NCBI GenBank assembly: GCA_013265495.1
Contig: MU058337.1
Span: 3,776,880-3,840,879, forward strand
Source: Vicugna vicugna
Taxonomy: Eukaryota
Direction of reading: 5' to 3'
DNA: 64,000 bases
Shown: positions 1-13,700 of the stretch, one piece after another
Layout of the letters: the number at the start of each line of letters is the position of its first letter
Position numbering within the stretch: the first letter of the stretch is position 1
Notes under the pieces: generated by a model
What the model was told of the DNA's origin: nothing
What the model saw: the letters and a program-made list of their open reading frames with translations, nothing else
Database searches by the model: none
Made by a program: the position numbers and the translations under genes

Positions 1-567
1 GGGCTAACAAAAAATAGCCAAAGAAAAACAGTCCAGAGATGTGGTGAAAAGATATTTAGATTTATCACTGAACTCTGTTTTCTGTTTCTCAGACCTTTTC
101 TTTCACCAGCTGGTAATAAATGTCATGCATCCTTCAAGCCATGCCACAAAGGAAGACACATCTCTTCACCGAGGAGTGAGGCTCTCCATCTTCTCAAAAC
201 TGACAGACACTCCGAATAAAAGATTAAAGGTCTAAGATAGATGTTAATCCTTCTAAGTTGAAAAAAAGTTTCTAAAATTTGGATGTTTTCTCACAATGAC
301 AAGTGATCACAATATAACCTAGATAGATTAGATTTTAGCTTTTTCAGTAATAAGTGAAAATAACAAATAATCTGTATTAGGTTATTATTGATTCATCCTA
401 GTAAGTATATGTTGAAATTCTACTAAATAGTTCAGTATTGTCTTTTCTATTTCAGAGCATCTGCTATTAAATTTAAATTTGTCCTTGCTAAGCATACAAA
501 CATAAGATAATAATGCCCAAAGCAGAACGTAATTAAATGCCTTACTCAGGGGCATATTCCACATCGG

Positions 568-705
568 GAGGCTGGTATAATGCAGTGATACAGAGCAAGA
601 GTTCTGTGCTCATATATTCTGGGTTCAAGTATTTCCTCTCTTGTCTGGTTCTGACCATTGCATATTGACATCTCTACGAACCTCAATTTTCTTACCTGTA
701 GAATC
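568..705 (+). mobile_element. MIR SINE fragment
   Basis: ctgggttcaag...aacctcaattttcttacctgtagaat resembles the MIR core. Confidence 0.65.
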
Positions 706-1284
706 TATTGTCTTGTCATTCATTCGTGTTCACTGCCTGAGAGATGCACCACAGTTTCTGTCCCGGCCAAAAAATTTCCTTCTCCTTCCTTCCCTCCTTC
801 TGCCTCTTTTAGGGAAAATGGAAGTCTGGAGTAGTATGTCTGCAGTCTGTTCTCCGTAAGCTGAACAGCTTAGAAAGAACTCCTTTAATTCTTGTTTTGT
901 GTCTATTTTTCAGTGAATGCCAATGCTTCGCACCTCTGTCCTCTTGTTTCCTATCTGTAGTCTCAGCCCGCCTCACCCAATCCCTGGCCATTACTGCTCC
1001 AAAATCAAAGAGATTTCTCAAACAGGTGTGCCACAAAGGCTTCACTGATGGGGGGGTGGGGAGTGGGAGGAGGTTCATTCCTAACTAAAGCCTTCTAGAA
1101 ACCCTGAAGTATACAAAGGCCTCTCCGGATTGCATCTTTCCACCCAAAAGAACACCCTAAAGAGCGAGGGCTGGAGGGGAGATGGTGATGAAAGGATACA
1201 TAATCACCGTGTGGTAATGCTCTGAGTGGCACATTTATAACAAAATACATCGAATTTAAAACATTTGAAATCTAACTCAATGCC

Positions 1285-1550
1285 CTTCCTTCTGACCATT
1301 TTCCCAGCTGTTCAAGATAGAAATCTGAAAATCACTTTGCCTTCTGCATGACTTCGCTTCACATCTGACATTCCCCTGTGCCTCTGGAATGTCTCTTGAC
1401 TCCTGCACACTGGACTACTCTGTTCCCTCTCATGGGTCAGGCGTGCATAATCCCGTGAGCATCACATTTTAATGTCCTCCCCACCAGCCTCATCCTCTGT
1501 GGTTCACTCTTCTAATTCATCCTGCAAGTTACTATTAGAATCACCTTCTC
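1285..1550 (+). mobile_element. L2 LINE fragment
   Basis: cccagctgttcaagatagaaatctgaaaatcactttg resembles the L2 3' region; very diverged. Confidence 0.5.
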
Positions 1551-1754
1551 TCATCCCTCTTCCCTTTTTGTGTCTCAGCTTTCCATGGCCAAAATCCCCA
1601 AATAAATAAGAAAGCACCTTGTAGCCAGACAGCATGAAATCCCTCCCGATTTGACCTCATTCGCAAACCTCACCACGAGTCACTGTGTATATTACTCCCA
1701 TGCATTACTTTGTTTTTACAACCTATGTTTGTATAGGCAATTCCTGTAAGTATT

Positions 1755-3130
1755 CTGCTATGTTTTTAAATTACACATAAATGTTATCCTGTAGCAGGTG
1801 TTCTGCCAGCTCTCTCTTATTGAATGTTGTTATGAAGATTCATTCATATTCGTGTGTGTAGCTGGAATTATTTAACGTCATTGTCATGGGCAACGTCCAT
1901 GTATTAATATATCACACTTCTCATTTTGATGAACCTATTTTCAGTTTCCTTTATTTATCATTACTGTTTTTACAAATATTCTTCTAAGAATAGTCATATG
2001 TAACTCTTTGTGTACACTTTTAAAAGTTTGTCTAGGCTGCAATATGTACATTTAATTGGTATTTGAGGAGGAAGATATTCTTACAATTTTTCTCCACCAT
2101 ACATACATTTTCTACCAGGATTTTAATTTTAATTGTGTTGGTTACCTACTACTTTCAAGAAAACCGACAATGACATCTTTACAATGTTAAGATTAGGTCT
2201 TTCATAATATGTTCCAATAAAATGCTATATTATTCTTCACATTGACTGTGTGCAGCTTGGTTAAATCAACTGGGTCCTAAGTACCAGATTTCTGTCGATT
2301 TTTAACATTAACATCTTCACATAAAATCACACTTTATAAATTTTTATATCTGAGACATAAGGATAAATTTATGTTTTATATTGATCATACATCTAGCAAA
2401 CTTGATCAACTTACTGTTTATATTAACTTTCTTGTTCACTCTGGTTGATTAGATTTTCTAGGTCAAATTATAGCATCTGTAAGGATAGACACCGTTTTCT
2501 CTCTTGCCAAGTCTCACACATTTTATTTACTTTTTCTTTTGCTCTGGCCAAGGTCTGCAGGACCATTTCAAGAGAAATGGTGATGTCAGTCATCCATGTC
2601 TTGAAACCGATTTTAATCATAATACTTTTTCTTTTTACTTTTACCTTTATGTTTTAACTTTAAATATCATAGCTGTAGTTTCTGGGTAGGCACTGGTTAG
2701 CAGTTTAAGAAATATTTCTTCATTTTGTAGTTAATTCAGATTTGTTTTGGTTTTTTGAAACCATAAATATATAACAGATTTTATGGAATCTACTGACTAA
2801 TCAAATGTTTTTATCCTTTAATTTATGAAAGTGGTAAATACAGTAATGACTCTCGAATGTTAATCCATCTCTGAATCTGTGAAGCAAAGTTAACTTATTC
2901 ATGAAAGATTATGTGTTTCATATACTGCCAGATTTTGATTGTCAAAATTTATTTCCATTTTTAAATTTTTTATCAGTGAATAAGAGTGCCCTACAATTAC
3001 TTTTTAAGACTTCATCTGATTTGGTTCATGAAATACATTTGGAATAGCTTCCCCCTTTTTACTAACCTGTAAAACCTTATTTAAGAGGAAGAATATGTAT
3101 CTTAAATGTATCTAATAATTTACTGTGAAA
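1755..3130 (-). mobile_element. Old L1 (L1ME-like) fragments
   Basis: T-rich antisense L1 3'UTR/ORF2 text, e.g. gaagattcattcatattcgtgtgtgtagctgg, ttagattttctagg, catccatgtcttg. Confidence 0.65.
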
Positions 3131-3159
3131 ACAATCCATTTTTCATTTTGAAGGTTATA

Positions 3160-3326
3160 ATTTTTTAATTGAAGTAAAATAAATGTAATATAAAATTTAC
3201 CATTTTAAACACTTTTGAGTGTACAGTTTCATGGTATTGAGTCTACACTTTTGTGCAACCACCCCATCATCCATTTCCAAAACTTCTTCATCTTCCCCAT
3301 CTGAAACTCTGTACCCATGAAACACT
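3160..3326 (-). mobile_element. L1MB-type 3' end
   Basis: aaaatttaccatttt...gagtgtacagttt...catctgaaactctgtacccatgaaac. Confidence 0.8.
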
Positions 3327-3637
3327 GATCAAAGTTTATGTTTTGAAAATACTGACTTTCTATTGGTTTTAGAGTGTTGGTTTTAAGCAGGAGAAACCTG
3401 CTGGACATGAAGAAACCATGAGGGAAAGGAATGGAGGACATTTTATTTCTAATCATTCTATGTATAACAGAGGACATTTTATTTGCATAGTATTGGGAAG
3501 AGCACTAGAATTCAGAAGGTTTCCTCCACAAGTAACCTTTTTGCTCACCTACGATACAGAATTCACTGTAAAACCCCAGGGAAGAGAGGATGCCCCTAAA
3601 AGAAGCAGCCCCCACAGAGCCTTCTAGAAGGCATTCT

Positions 3638-3759
3638 AGCATCCATGAACTGGAAAGTAATTTGGATTGAAAAAAATAAAGTGATATTTCATGGAATATG
3701 GAACAGCGTCCATGAACTGGAAAGTAATTTGGATTGAAAAAATAAAGTGCTATTTCATG
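3638..3759. repeat. Direct duplication of a ~55 bp unit
   Basis: agcRtccatgaactggaaagtaatttggattgaaaaaa(a)taaagtgMtatttcatg at 3638-3693 and 3705-3759. Confidence 0.95.
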
Positions 3760-4499
3760 TCAACCTAATTTAGAGTGTTAAGATTCATACTCGATGCATA
3801 TAAATTCTAACTATGGATTTCTTCTGATAGGTTTTCAACATCTGAGGCAGAACTCTCTCCCTATATGGAAATTACCACTAGAAATCATAATGGGAATTTT
3901 GGGCCAGGAAAGGAGCTATTAATCTTGCATCAGCCTACAATGGGAATATTTTTCTAAAGCCAGTTCACAACCTAGCTACTCTGGCAGCCTCAGTGCTGGG
4001 AACTTTAATATAAGCACTTATGCCAATTGCACCACGTCTCCAAAATTATTATTCTTATCTACCTATTGATGTCTTCTCAAACTAGCTTAATCTTTTCTGA
4101 GGTACAGTCTTGCCTCTACTTATCTCCTCCACTTGAAATTCCAGATAGTCTTCAGGGTGGCAGTTAGGGGCTAGAACCAGAAACTTGTTCAGTTTATACT
4201 GATACTGAAGCTGAAATGTAATCTGGTCTATTTCCAGCTTCAGTGGAAGAGATTTAGCTCAGAGACGTGTGGTGGAAATAGGGATTTCCTGCAGAATTTT
4301 AGGTCTTTTCATCTTTCCTATTATATCGTCATCATGGGGCTTTAATATCTTTTTTTGAAGTGCATTTGCAGAGAGAATTGGACATTTCTGTATCAGTATT
4401 TTGTTAGTACAGGATACATTCAAAAGACAAAATCCTGTTTGGAATCACTCACTGGTACTGTCATTAATAGAGATGCTTTGAAGAACACACACTTCAGTG

Positions 4500-4721
4500 G
4501 AGGGTTGGGAAATTTTTTCTGTAAAAATCCAGATAGTAAATATCTGGGGCTTTGTGAACTATATGGTTCTGTTGCAACTACTCAGAATCTGCTGTTGTAG
4601 CCCAAAAAGAGCCTTAGAAAATATGCAAATGAATGATCAGGAGTGGGTTCCAGTAAAACTTTTTTTACCAAGTAGACAGAAGACTAGATGTGGCCCAAGA
4701 GCCATAGTTTTCCAACCTTTG
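4500..4721 (+). mobile_element. MER58A hAT-Charlie non-autonomous DNA transposon
   Basis: Full-length match (ttttctgtaaaaatccagatagtaaata...gccatagttttccaacctttg); degenerate 8-bp TSD cttcagtg/tttcagta. Confidence 0.88.
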
Positions 4722-5254
4722 TTTCAGTATGAGCTCTACTCTCGTATCTTTACTGTATAAGGAAGCAGAGTGGGGACCCATATGTCTGTTAACTTCCAAA
4801 TATTCCAGCACCCTTCCCAGGTTTGCAGTTACTACTGAACAAAATAATGTTTGAAAGCCAACTCATCCAAGGAAAGGACTTATTTAAAAGGGAGATTTTT
4901 ATGTCTAAGTGGTTAGGCTTTGGAGAACTGATTCTGTTTTGATCTTTATTCTTAAACTGTTTGTTTGTTCGTTTATTATTTGTTTTGCCTCAAATATATC
5001 CAGAAGGAGAAACATATTGCTGTAGAAGGCTCTAGTCATCCTGGCATGTTTATTACCTTGAAGATATCACAGTGTTGCATGCGTGGAAACTGGGCATCAC
5101 TGCATAGTTCAATATGTCTGCACTCAGGGACATCTAGGACCTGTTATATAACTTTCCCACAAGTGGTAAAATGGCACTGGCAGTGTCTTTTAAAAAATAC
5201 ACTCACAACTTGGACATTAAATACAGATGACCTGGCCTGCAATCCTGTAAGGTC

Positions 5255-5342
5255 ACAGTTCCCAAGAGTGCTCCCAGGGACCCTGGGATGCTATGGTAAA
5301 CTCACAGGGGTGCCAAAAAATACTTGAATTTTCAAAGAAAAA
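5255..5342 (+). mobile_element. hAT-Charlie terminal fragment
   Basis: cagttcccaagagtg...aactcacaggggtgcc resembles a Charlie2-type end. Confidence 0.4.
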
Positions 5343-6834
5343 ACAATGATTTGTCTATTTGTCAATACCTATTGGTCTATTTATAAGTCTATATTCCTGA
5401 TTTGTTCTTTTGAATCCTTTCACACTAAACTTTATTAAACTCAGTAAAATTTTCTTTATCTAATGGGTTTTCTGTTCTATATTTTTTTCAAATTCTAGAA
5501 TTTATATTATTCAGGCATTCTAAAGCTATCCATACTATCTCTTCAATTGTTTTCTCTCATCATTTCCACCCCTTCATCTTTTTGTTCTTTCTGAAACAAG
5601 TCACTGAATTATTCCTTTAAATAATTTAAATTATTTTTAATATAGCCTAGTTGTTATTAGATTTATTTCAATAAGCATCTTTGACTTCGGGAATTTAAGA
5701 ACAGGCCTTCCCAGAGCGAGGCCTCCAGGATCCTTCTGTGGCCAGAACTTCTGTATGAATGTAGAATTCTCTGCTAAAGTGGGGAGTAATCCTTTGGAGG
5801 TAATAGTTGGAAATTACGTGATTTCACATTTTGCCATCTATCCTACACACAACTGCTAGAACAGTCTTCATAAACCACCGTTAACTCCACTGTTACTCTA
5901 TTCAGTAGGTAGTCTTCAATTCATTGTGAAAACATTCAGATTAACGCTTATCCGTATTCCTGCCTATGATTCTTTTAATACCACCAGATTAAACTCCATT
6001 TTGTCTCTCAAATCCATTTCCAAATATACGTAGAAAACTAAACAACATTCTCTCAACAACAAAGGCTCTACAAACAAAACATATGAAGAAAAGCCAAGTA
6101 AAAATGTAGTCTTCCTCACACAGAATCTATTTTGTAGAGAACAGCATAACTTGTAGTGTTGGATTTCAACCTATAAATTATGCTACAAATCTACTGAGAC
6201 AGAAAACTCCCAGCAACAGAAAAGAGAAGGGCACATTCGAAATTTGTTCTTAATTATAGAAACATGGTATCAGTAGTGGAAGCAAGAATTCATGTTAATA
6301 GTCTAGGATCTGCCTAATTTATAAATCATTTTCCAGTGTAGCTTGTAAACTTTAGGGATTTTTCACTAATAAAATGGCTCATCTTCAAGAAAGTATCCCT
6401 TCCAAACAGTACTGAGAAAAATGGCATGTTATAAATTCCTGAAAGAATAAAATAGCTCCAGTTCTGGCCAGTTTTGTTTCAGGACTGAAGTCTGTAGAGG
6501 GGGGAGAATTTTGTTAAACTTTTCAGCTTCATATCAAACTAACTGCTGTCGTGAATGCCTTTATTGTGTAACCTGGTGTAGATCTGCCTCCATATTCGAG
6601 AAGCATAAATCCTCCATCTGGATTATATTGTAGGTGTGAAAGTTTGTAGTTGAAAGACATGTACTTGGCAAAAACTTAAAATTACAGGAAGCTTTTTGAG
6701 TAAAAAGTGAAAGGTGAGAAATTACTACCGTCAGAAGATCTGAATATCTGATTTCTTCATTTCGAATTTTACAGTTTTCTTTACAGCAGTTGGAAACTTA
6801 AATGAGCCTAAAATCACTATCATTTTATATTTAC

Positions 6835-6958
6835 TTTTCAAAAAAAATCTTCAGAAACATTTTGCTCACTGATGTAGAAGACTACTCCTTTATAAATATG
6901 CTGTAAGATATGCAGAAAAATTTGTATTTTATAACCTGTAGCATATTGCAGGTCAAAA
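6835..6958 (-). other. Candidate exon of minus-strand transcript
   Basis: Strong acceptor on minus strand (ctgtactttttttttctctcctttttag); donor AAA|gtaaat. Confidence 0.3.
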
Positions 6959-7164
6959 CTAAAAAGGAGAGAAAAAAAAAGTACAGTATAAGAAAAAGCA
7001 GATTTTAATAGGAACGTGTGTCCCAAAAACTACTTTCTTTAAATTTTAAACCTTTAAAGCAGAATAGTGAAAGCAACACTATCTTTAATGCCAGATTTGA
7101 AGTGTCCAACTGAAGACAAGCTTCTCTAAGGTCCTTGTACTCCTCCATCCCCACACAAAATCAC

Positions 7165-7297
7165 ATGTTTTTCTTGTAATGAGAACTTTTCAGATCTACT
7201 CTCTTAGCAACTTTCAAATATATGATACAGTATTACCAGCCATAGTTCCATGCTGTACATTACATCCCCAGGACTTATTTATCTTATAACTGAAAGT
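7165..7297 (-). mobile_element. L1MA-type 3' end fragment
   Basis: gatctactctcttagcaactttcaaatat...catccccaggacttatttatcttataactgaaagt. Confidence 0.8.
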
Positions 7298-7984
7298 GTG
7301 GTTTCCTTTTTTATACCCATAGTTGCCTCAACATTGTACAACTTTAAAAACAAAATCCAATTATGTCAACTATTTTTAAAATCCCTGCAGTGGGTCCCCT
7401 GTGACCACAAAATTAAAGACAAATTTATGTCAGATAACTAGAAGAGTTTATGTGGATAACATGTGTAAACATGCAAATAATATAAACAAATTTACATGTC
7501 CTGATTGTATATGACAATGATGACCTTATCTAATCTGTGCATATAACACACACAAAAATAGTATAAACGAAAAACGCTTGAAAATAGTTTGTAATCAGAG
7601 AAAAACTGAGGAGGCGTGTGCTGGGGAAGCCGCCTTACGAGAAAGGGCCATGGGTGTGTGGCCACCACATCCTGCAGGAAGGAGCGTGCTGGGAGGGGCT
7701 TTCAAGAACCAGAAAGAAGAGCTCTCTCTCCTTCAGGTCCTTCCATGCCTCCCCCAAAGCCACTTAACACCATGCAATGTGCTAAGAGAAGAATGTTGTA
7801 GGACTAAGTGGGGCTTCACAGTGGATCTGGAGCGAAGCGGCAACAGTGTATAACTGGCACCACAATCACCAAGCCTGATCTAATGCCTACGTGAACTACT
7901 ACATCCAAGGAGGACACACTTACTTCTGATTTTCACGTGGATGGAACATTTCTGAAAATAGAGTTACAAATGTTTTTTAGTTTG

Positions 7985-10178
7985 GAAACCAAAGGAAAAT
8001 ATTTCTAAGACACTTATGAGTCATAGAGGAGATTATAATGGACATTTAAAAATACTTAGAATGGACAGATAATGGAAATATTACACAGTGAAAATTTAGA
8101 ATGCAGTTAAAATAGTTCTTAAAAAGAGATTAATAAGCTTAGTTTTGAAAAGAAGCAAGCCTCAAAATTAATGAGGCATCATTAATGCATAATTAATTAT
8201 GCATCTAAGTGATGAAGTTAGAAAATGATTACAGAAATAAATTTGATGAAAGTAGGAAAGATAGAAAATAATAAAAATAAAGGCCAAAATGAATGAAAAT
8301 TTAAAAGGTAAATGGAGAATGAAATAGAAAACAACACAAGGTTCTAGAAAGCCAAATGTTCTTCTTTAACATACAAGCCTTTGGCAAGCTATTAAAATAC
8401 GTATTTTAAAGAGAGAGAGAGGTTAAGTTAGGAGTGACACTGGAGTAGAAGAAGAGAAGAGGAAAAGGAGATGGAGAAGGAAGGGAAAAAATAGAGAAAC
8501 AAACTTTAGTGGGATTTACCCTTCTGAACATCAATATTTACTAAAAAATTAAGGCACTTTGGATAATTTGGAAATGGCACTGGGATGGACAAGCAACTTA
8601 ATGGGATGAAGTAAAAGAGTCCAGAGCTAATACAATATATGTAGAAACTTGATTTACAGCAAAGCATTGTATGCAAATTATGGGGAAATGACAGATTGTT
8701 TAATAAATACTGATGGGGCAATTGTTTGTGGAAAAAGATTCAGATCATCTGTGCCATCATAAAAATATGAAATCCAACTGGATTGGATATATAAATATGA
8801 AAGACATAATTATGATTTAGAGGTAAGGAATGATCTTTTAATACTATTTGCAAAGCACATTAAAACTAATTTTTTAATAAAAAGGGGACCATAAGATGTA
8901 AAAAAATAATTAGAAAATATTTGCAACCCAAGCAACGACTACAAAAAAAACACAAAAAAGAACACCAACAAATCAGTAACAATAATTTAAAAGTAAGTCC
9001 TAGTTTCATGCCGTGTAGAAAATAACTTGAAATAGATCAGAAACCTAAAAATAATTGCTACAACTATTTTGAAAAAATAGAAGAAAATCACTGTGACCTT
9101 GAGAAAGGATACAGGTTTGTCATGTAGAACACCAGAAGTAGAAAACATAAAGAAAATTCAATCAATTGGACTTTTTCAAAATTAAAAACTTCTGCTCTTC
9201 AATAGACAATATTAACAGAATGAAAAGGAGAGCTATAGTCTGGAGAAAAATGTGTAATTTCACATATTGAACAAAGGACTGGTATCTAGAATATGTTAAA
9301 ATAAAACCCTGTATCTCAGTAATAAGAAAGCCAACAACTCAATTAAATTAAATCAAGATTTTAAAGGACATTATATAGTAGAAAATATAAACGACCAATG
9401 AACACATGAAAATGCTGATTTATCATTACTCTTCACGTAAAGCAAGTTAAAACCACAATGAGGTAACTTTTCATATCCAGTATATTGCCCAAAGGTATAA
9501 ATACTGATAACATCAAATTTTGGTGACTATGTCTGGTGACTGGAACTCTCAAGTACTGCCTATAAGAGTGTAAAATTGTACAAGTCCTTTAGACTTGTTT
9601 CTTATGAAGTTAAGCATCCATTCACTGTACAACCCAGTAATTCTAGCTTTAGTTATTTTCCCACTAGAAAATGAAAACACATAACCACACAAAGACCAGT
9701 ACACAAATATGGTAGCATTTCTAGCCATAGCAGCCAAATACTGGACACAATTACATGATCATTAATCCACCGATGGATAAACAACTTGGGGTCTATACCT
9801 ACATTGAAATACTACTCAGCAAAACAAGCGGAATAAACTAGTGATTCTCTTATCACTAGTTTTTTTGTAAACACAAAAATATTATACTGAAAGAAACAAG
9901 TACATGTAGATGTTACATTCATGTGAATTCGAAAAAAGGCCAACTACTGTTCAATGACAAAAAGCAGAACAGGGGTTGCCAGTGGAGGGAGCAAGATCGA
10001 TCGCCAAATGTCAATCAATATGGAATCTACCTAGGGTGTTGGAAATATTCTGTAACTTGATTTTAGTGGTGGTTACTGGAGGATATTCATTTGTCAAAAT
10101 TTCTCAAACTGTTCTTTAAAAATGGATATATTTTGTGGTATGTAAATTATACCTCAATATAATTATTTAAAAAAAAAG
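7985..10178 (+). mobile_element. Old L1 (L1MD/ME-like) ORF2 remnants and 3' end
   Basis: A-rich sense L1 text (caaaattaaaaacttctgctcttc, aaatactactcagc) ending tgtaaattatacctcaat followed by an A-tail. Confidence 0.8.
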
Positions 10179-10395
10179 AATAAATAACCCACAAATGCAA
10201 GGAAAACAAAGTTTATAGAAGTTTCTTAATATTCCTTACAATAACACAAACATGAGCTTTCTGAATCTACTGAATTAAAATAAAAAGGAATTGCATGAAA
10301 AACATATCACAAGCCAAATATCTGATATTGAGCAAAAAAACCAAAAATTGCAAAAATTTTTTAAGTTATTTTAAAAAATAAACCAATTTTTTTAC

Positions 10396-10478
10396 CTGTT
10401 ACAGAAATCTTAATCCAAAAATGCGAATTTTTCATTACTGCTAATGCTGTAAATGTGGGATGAAAAGGTTCAAAGGTT
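10396..10478 (-). other. Candidate 83-bp exon
   Basis: ttaatgttag|...ACAG|gtaaaa; open frame TFEPFHPTFTALAVMKNSHFWIKISVT. Confidence 0.3.
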
Positions 10479-10849
10479 CTAACATTAAAATTGAAAGTGC
10501 AAGAAACATATTTCTTTAAAAATGGCAATCGTGTTTTATTTATTTCATAGTTCAATCAAGAGTAATAATGTGAAAACAATTTAATAAATGTTATAAATCA
10601 ATTTTATAAAAATAAAGCATTTGGAATATTAAAATTAACCTTCCAAGCCAGGAAAAAAACAAAACAGAAGCTAATTTGAAGATTCAAACTCATAAAATTG
10701 GGACAGGTTGAGAAAAATATTGATGACAATGAATTATATCACACTGAATTAAAAACAAACCTCTGTGTATATACAGTAATATTCATTCAAAAAAAGAGAA
10801 GAGGGAAAATGGAATGCCAAATAATAAACATTTAGAGACAACTACAATT

Positions 10850-11660
10850 AGAATATCGCTATATTGCAAACCTGGACAAGCACCATTCATTGAAGCTAAT
10901 GCTACTGCATTATGCTAGTTGCATAATCTAGAATAGTCACATGGTCTCAAGTCATCATCCCACAGGTAACTTGTTAATTACAAAGGATAACAGGGAAGGA
11001 AAAATGCAGCCTAACAATGACTAGATCCTTGGTCACCCAGCTAACCAAGTGATCAATCTTTGCATCTGTAATAGATACAATCATTATGATGATGCCATAA
11101 CTATATTATCTATGTTTTTATTTTGCCATTAATGTTTAACATGTATTTGTCACAGGGAAATACTCAGATAAATCCAGAATATAGGACATTTTATCTGGTC
11201 AGATTACAGGAACTTGACTCGGCTTTCAAAAAATTCAGTGTAAAGAAAAAGAGAAAAATGTGAGCAGACTGCTCTTAATCCAGAGTGAATGAAGAAACAT
11301 AACAATCAAATGTAAGATGTAAACATTAATTATCATCTGGGTGGGAAAAAAGCATCCAAAGATATGTTGGGGATAATTCAGGGGATCCGAATATGGACTG
11401 TTTATAATGTAATTTTTTCAAATAAATATTGATAGTCTTATGTATAATGATATTCTAGCTTTGTAGATGACATATTTGTAGGAATATGTCATTATTTTTA
11501 GGAGATGCACCAGTCGAAAAATGTGTGTGTGTATAAGAGACAGAGGGGGGAAAATGTAACAAAAAATTAACAGAATGTGACTTGTTTAAGAATTGTATTT
11601 TTGTCTTATTATTCTTTTTATATCCCTGTAAGTTTGAAATTTTTCAAAAATCAAAAAACT
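10850..11660 (+). mobile_element. L1MC4-like 3' region
   Basis: catcatcccacaggtaacttgttaattacaaagg, aaatccagaatataggacatttt, ends gtaagtttgaaatttttcaaaaa. Confidence 0.7.
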
Positions 11661-11936
11661 AAAATAGGGATAAACTATGTAGGTAAAAAAAGACTATAAA
11701 ATACTGTCAGAATTTTAACACTACATTTAACAGTATCAATCAACCATAAACTATTTGAAGTAACAAGATACTAACATAATTTTATTATTGCCATATTAAT
11801 TATTGTTGTACTAAATACTTTATTAATGTATGGTTGTACTGGTTGCAAAATAGCTCCTGAAACTAAAAAAACAAGTGTTTGGAAACAAACAGTGCAGTAA
11901 AGAATTTCATTCATTATTTATGAAGATTCAACTTAC

Positions 11937-12030
11937 TTACATAAAATTTTAAAATACAAAATGTAAGAGTTTTGAGGATATTTTAAGATATTTTCATTGT
12001 TCGTTAATCTAAGGTAACTAGAGAAAATAC
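11937..12030 (-). other. Candidate 90/94-bp exon
   Basis: attatttcag| acceptor; tandem donors gtaagtaagt; open frame IFSSYLRLTNNENILKYPQNSYILYFKIL. Confidence 0.33.
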
Positions 12031-12430
12031 CTGAAATAATGTATGAATATTTATTACCAGTATTTGAGAAAAATTACCCTAATGAGAAACACTGATACTA
12101 CAATTTGTTAGGTTTTATAAAGTTTCAGTCTATTGTTAATAAGGAAGTCTAAAATTTAAGCAAAAAAATTTTTTAACTCATTTTACATTGGCAATATCTT
12201 CATCACTATATGCAACTGTCTCCTAAGAAGGCAGTAACAGGTAAAGAAAAATTCATTGTCAAAATCCCTTCCAGAATTTCTTGATAAACTTTATATTTTC
12301 TATTGTACATCAAATAATTGATCAGAGAATTAAGTAAAATCTCTGATGAGCTGGTAATTGACGTAATACAATTTGGGGAATACCTGCACTTTGATGGGCA
12401 GTCTGTAGCACTGCAGTTCAGGCATATACA

Positions 12431-12923
12431 CAGGCTGACCTCGGAGATGTTGCAGGTTTGGTTCTGGACCACCACAATAAAACAAATATTGCAATAAAGC
12501 AAGTCACTGAAATTTTTTGGTTTCCCAGTGCATATAAAAGTTATGTTTACCCTATACTGTAGTCTACCAAGTATGCAATATCATTAGGTCTAAAAAAAGT
12601 ACATACCTTAATTTAAAAATACTTAATTGCTAAAAACTGCTAATCATCATCTAAGCCTTCAGCCCGTCATAATCTTTTTGCAATAATAATATCAAAGATC
12701 ACCGATCACAGATCATCATGATAAATATAATAATAATGAAAAAGATTGAAATATTGTGAGAATGACCAAAATGTGACCCACAGACAGGAAGTGAGCAAAT
12801 GCCGTTGGAAAACTGGCATCAACAGACTTGCTTGTCACAGGACTGCCACAAATTTTCAATTTGCTAGAAAGACAGCATCTGTGACGCACAATAAAGCGAA
12901 GTGCAATAAAACAAGTATGCCCG
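12431..12923 (-). mobile_element. Internally deleted Tigger1 (Tigger1a_Art-like)
   Basis: Both Tigger1 ends present (caggctgacctcggagatgttgcagg...; ...gcaataaaacaagtatgccc); ~490 bp. Confidence 0.9.
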
Positions 12924-13569
12924 ATGCCCACATACTCTTAGAAATTGTGGAATGGTAATAAACACTTGGAAAAAATTATAGTTTGGCTTCAAGAAATGAT
13001 CTCTAATAGAGGTTTTACTTTTTTTGGCTTTACAAGAAAGATCTATTTCTGTTCTTAAAGGTGATAGATAATTTAACTGCTAGAGTGAATACATCAAATT
13101 AAAAGGAAACTTTGCAAAGAAGCAATGACCATGCTAGAAAACAAAGATGTGAACTCGTAATTTAATTGAGCTGTGGGCATCTATGTGGCCTTCTGTTTAA
13201 CTACATAATGTTACACTTTAATCTTCTAAATTTAAGACACATTAATTCAGCCAAAGGTAGTGGACTTCATTTCAAACAAATGAGAATAATGCATACCTGA
13301 TTTCGCTTTAAACTTAACCTAAAGCAACCCAGGTTTGTAGGTAAAAGACATCAAATTGGTATGCAAAAAGGTCTTTGAGATGAATTTAATATATCAAGCT
13401 CTGGGAACCATGGTATTAAACATGAAAAAAAGTTTTTTTTAAATCTCATTAAATATTTCTCACTGTGGATTAGAATTTGTTTCTTTTTTATTTTACCTTG
13501 AGGTTCTGAAAGAGTGAGCAAACTAATATATGAATGACAGGATAATAATAACATTTTTATATCTCCCAT

Positions 13570-13700
13570 CTCCAAGGAACTCAAATTCTTCATAGGAATG
13601 ATCTCATTAATCCTCGCAGCATCCCTGCAAGGTAGGTAGGTGAAAACTGTAATAACCACTTTATAAATGAAAATAGTGGGAAATTTTGCAGTTTCATATA
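13570..13700 (-). mobile_element. MIR fragment
   Basis: atctcattaatcctcgcagcatccctgcaaggtagg...ccactttataaatgaaaa. Confidence 0.7.

Noticed and set aside
41..235. Possible exon at the window start (tttctcag| ... AAG|gtctaa)
   Set aside because: Weak donor, no recognisable peptide and no linking evidence.
3638..3759. CRISPR-like repeat-spacer-repeat
   Set aside because: Only two copies, an 11-bp spacer, mammalian context and no cas genes.
12206..12958. ORFs over the Tigger element
   Set aside because: They overlap non-coding termini of a deletion derivative; no transposase is present.
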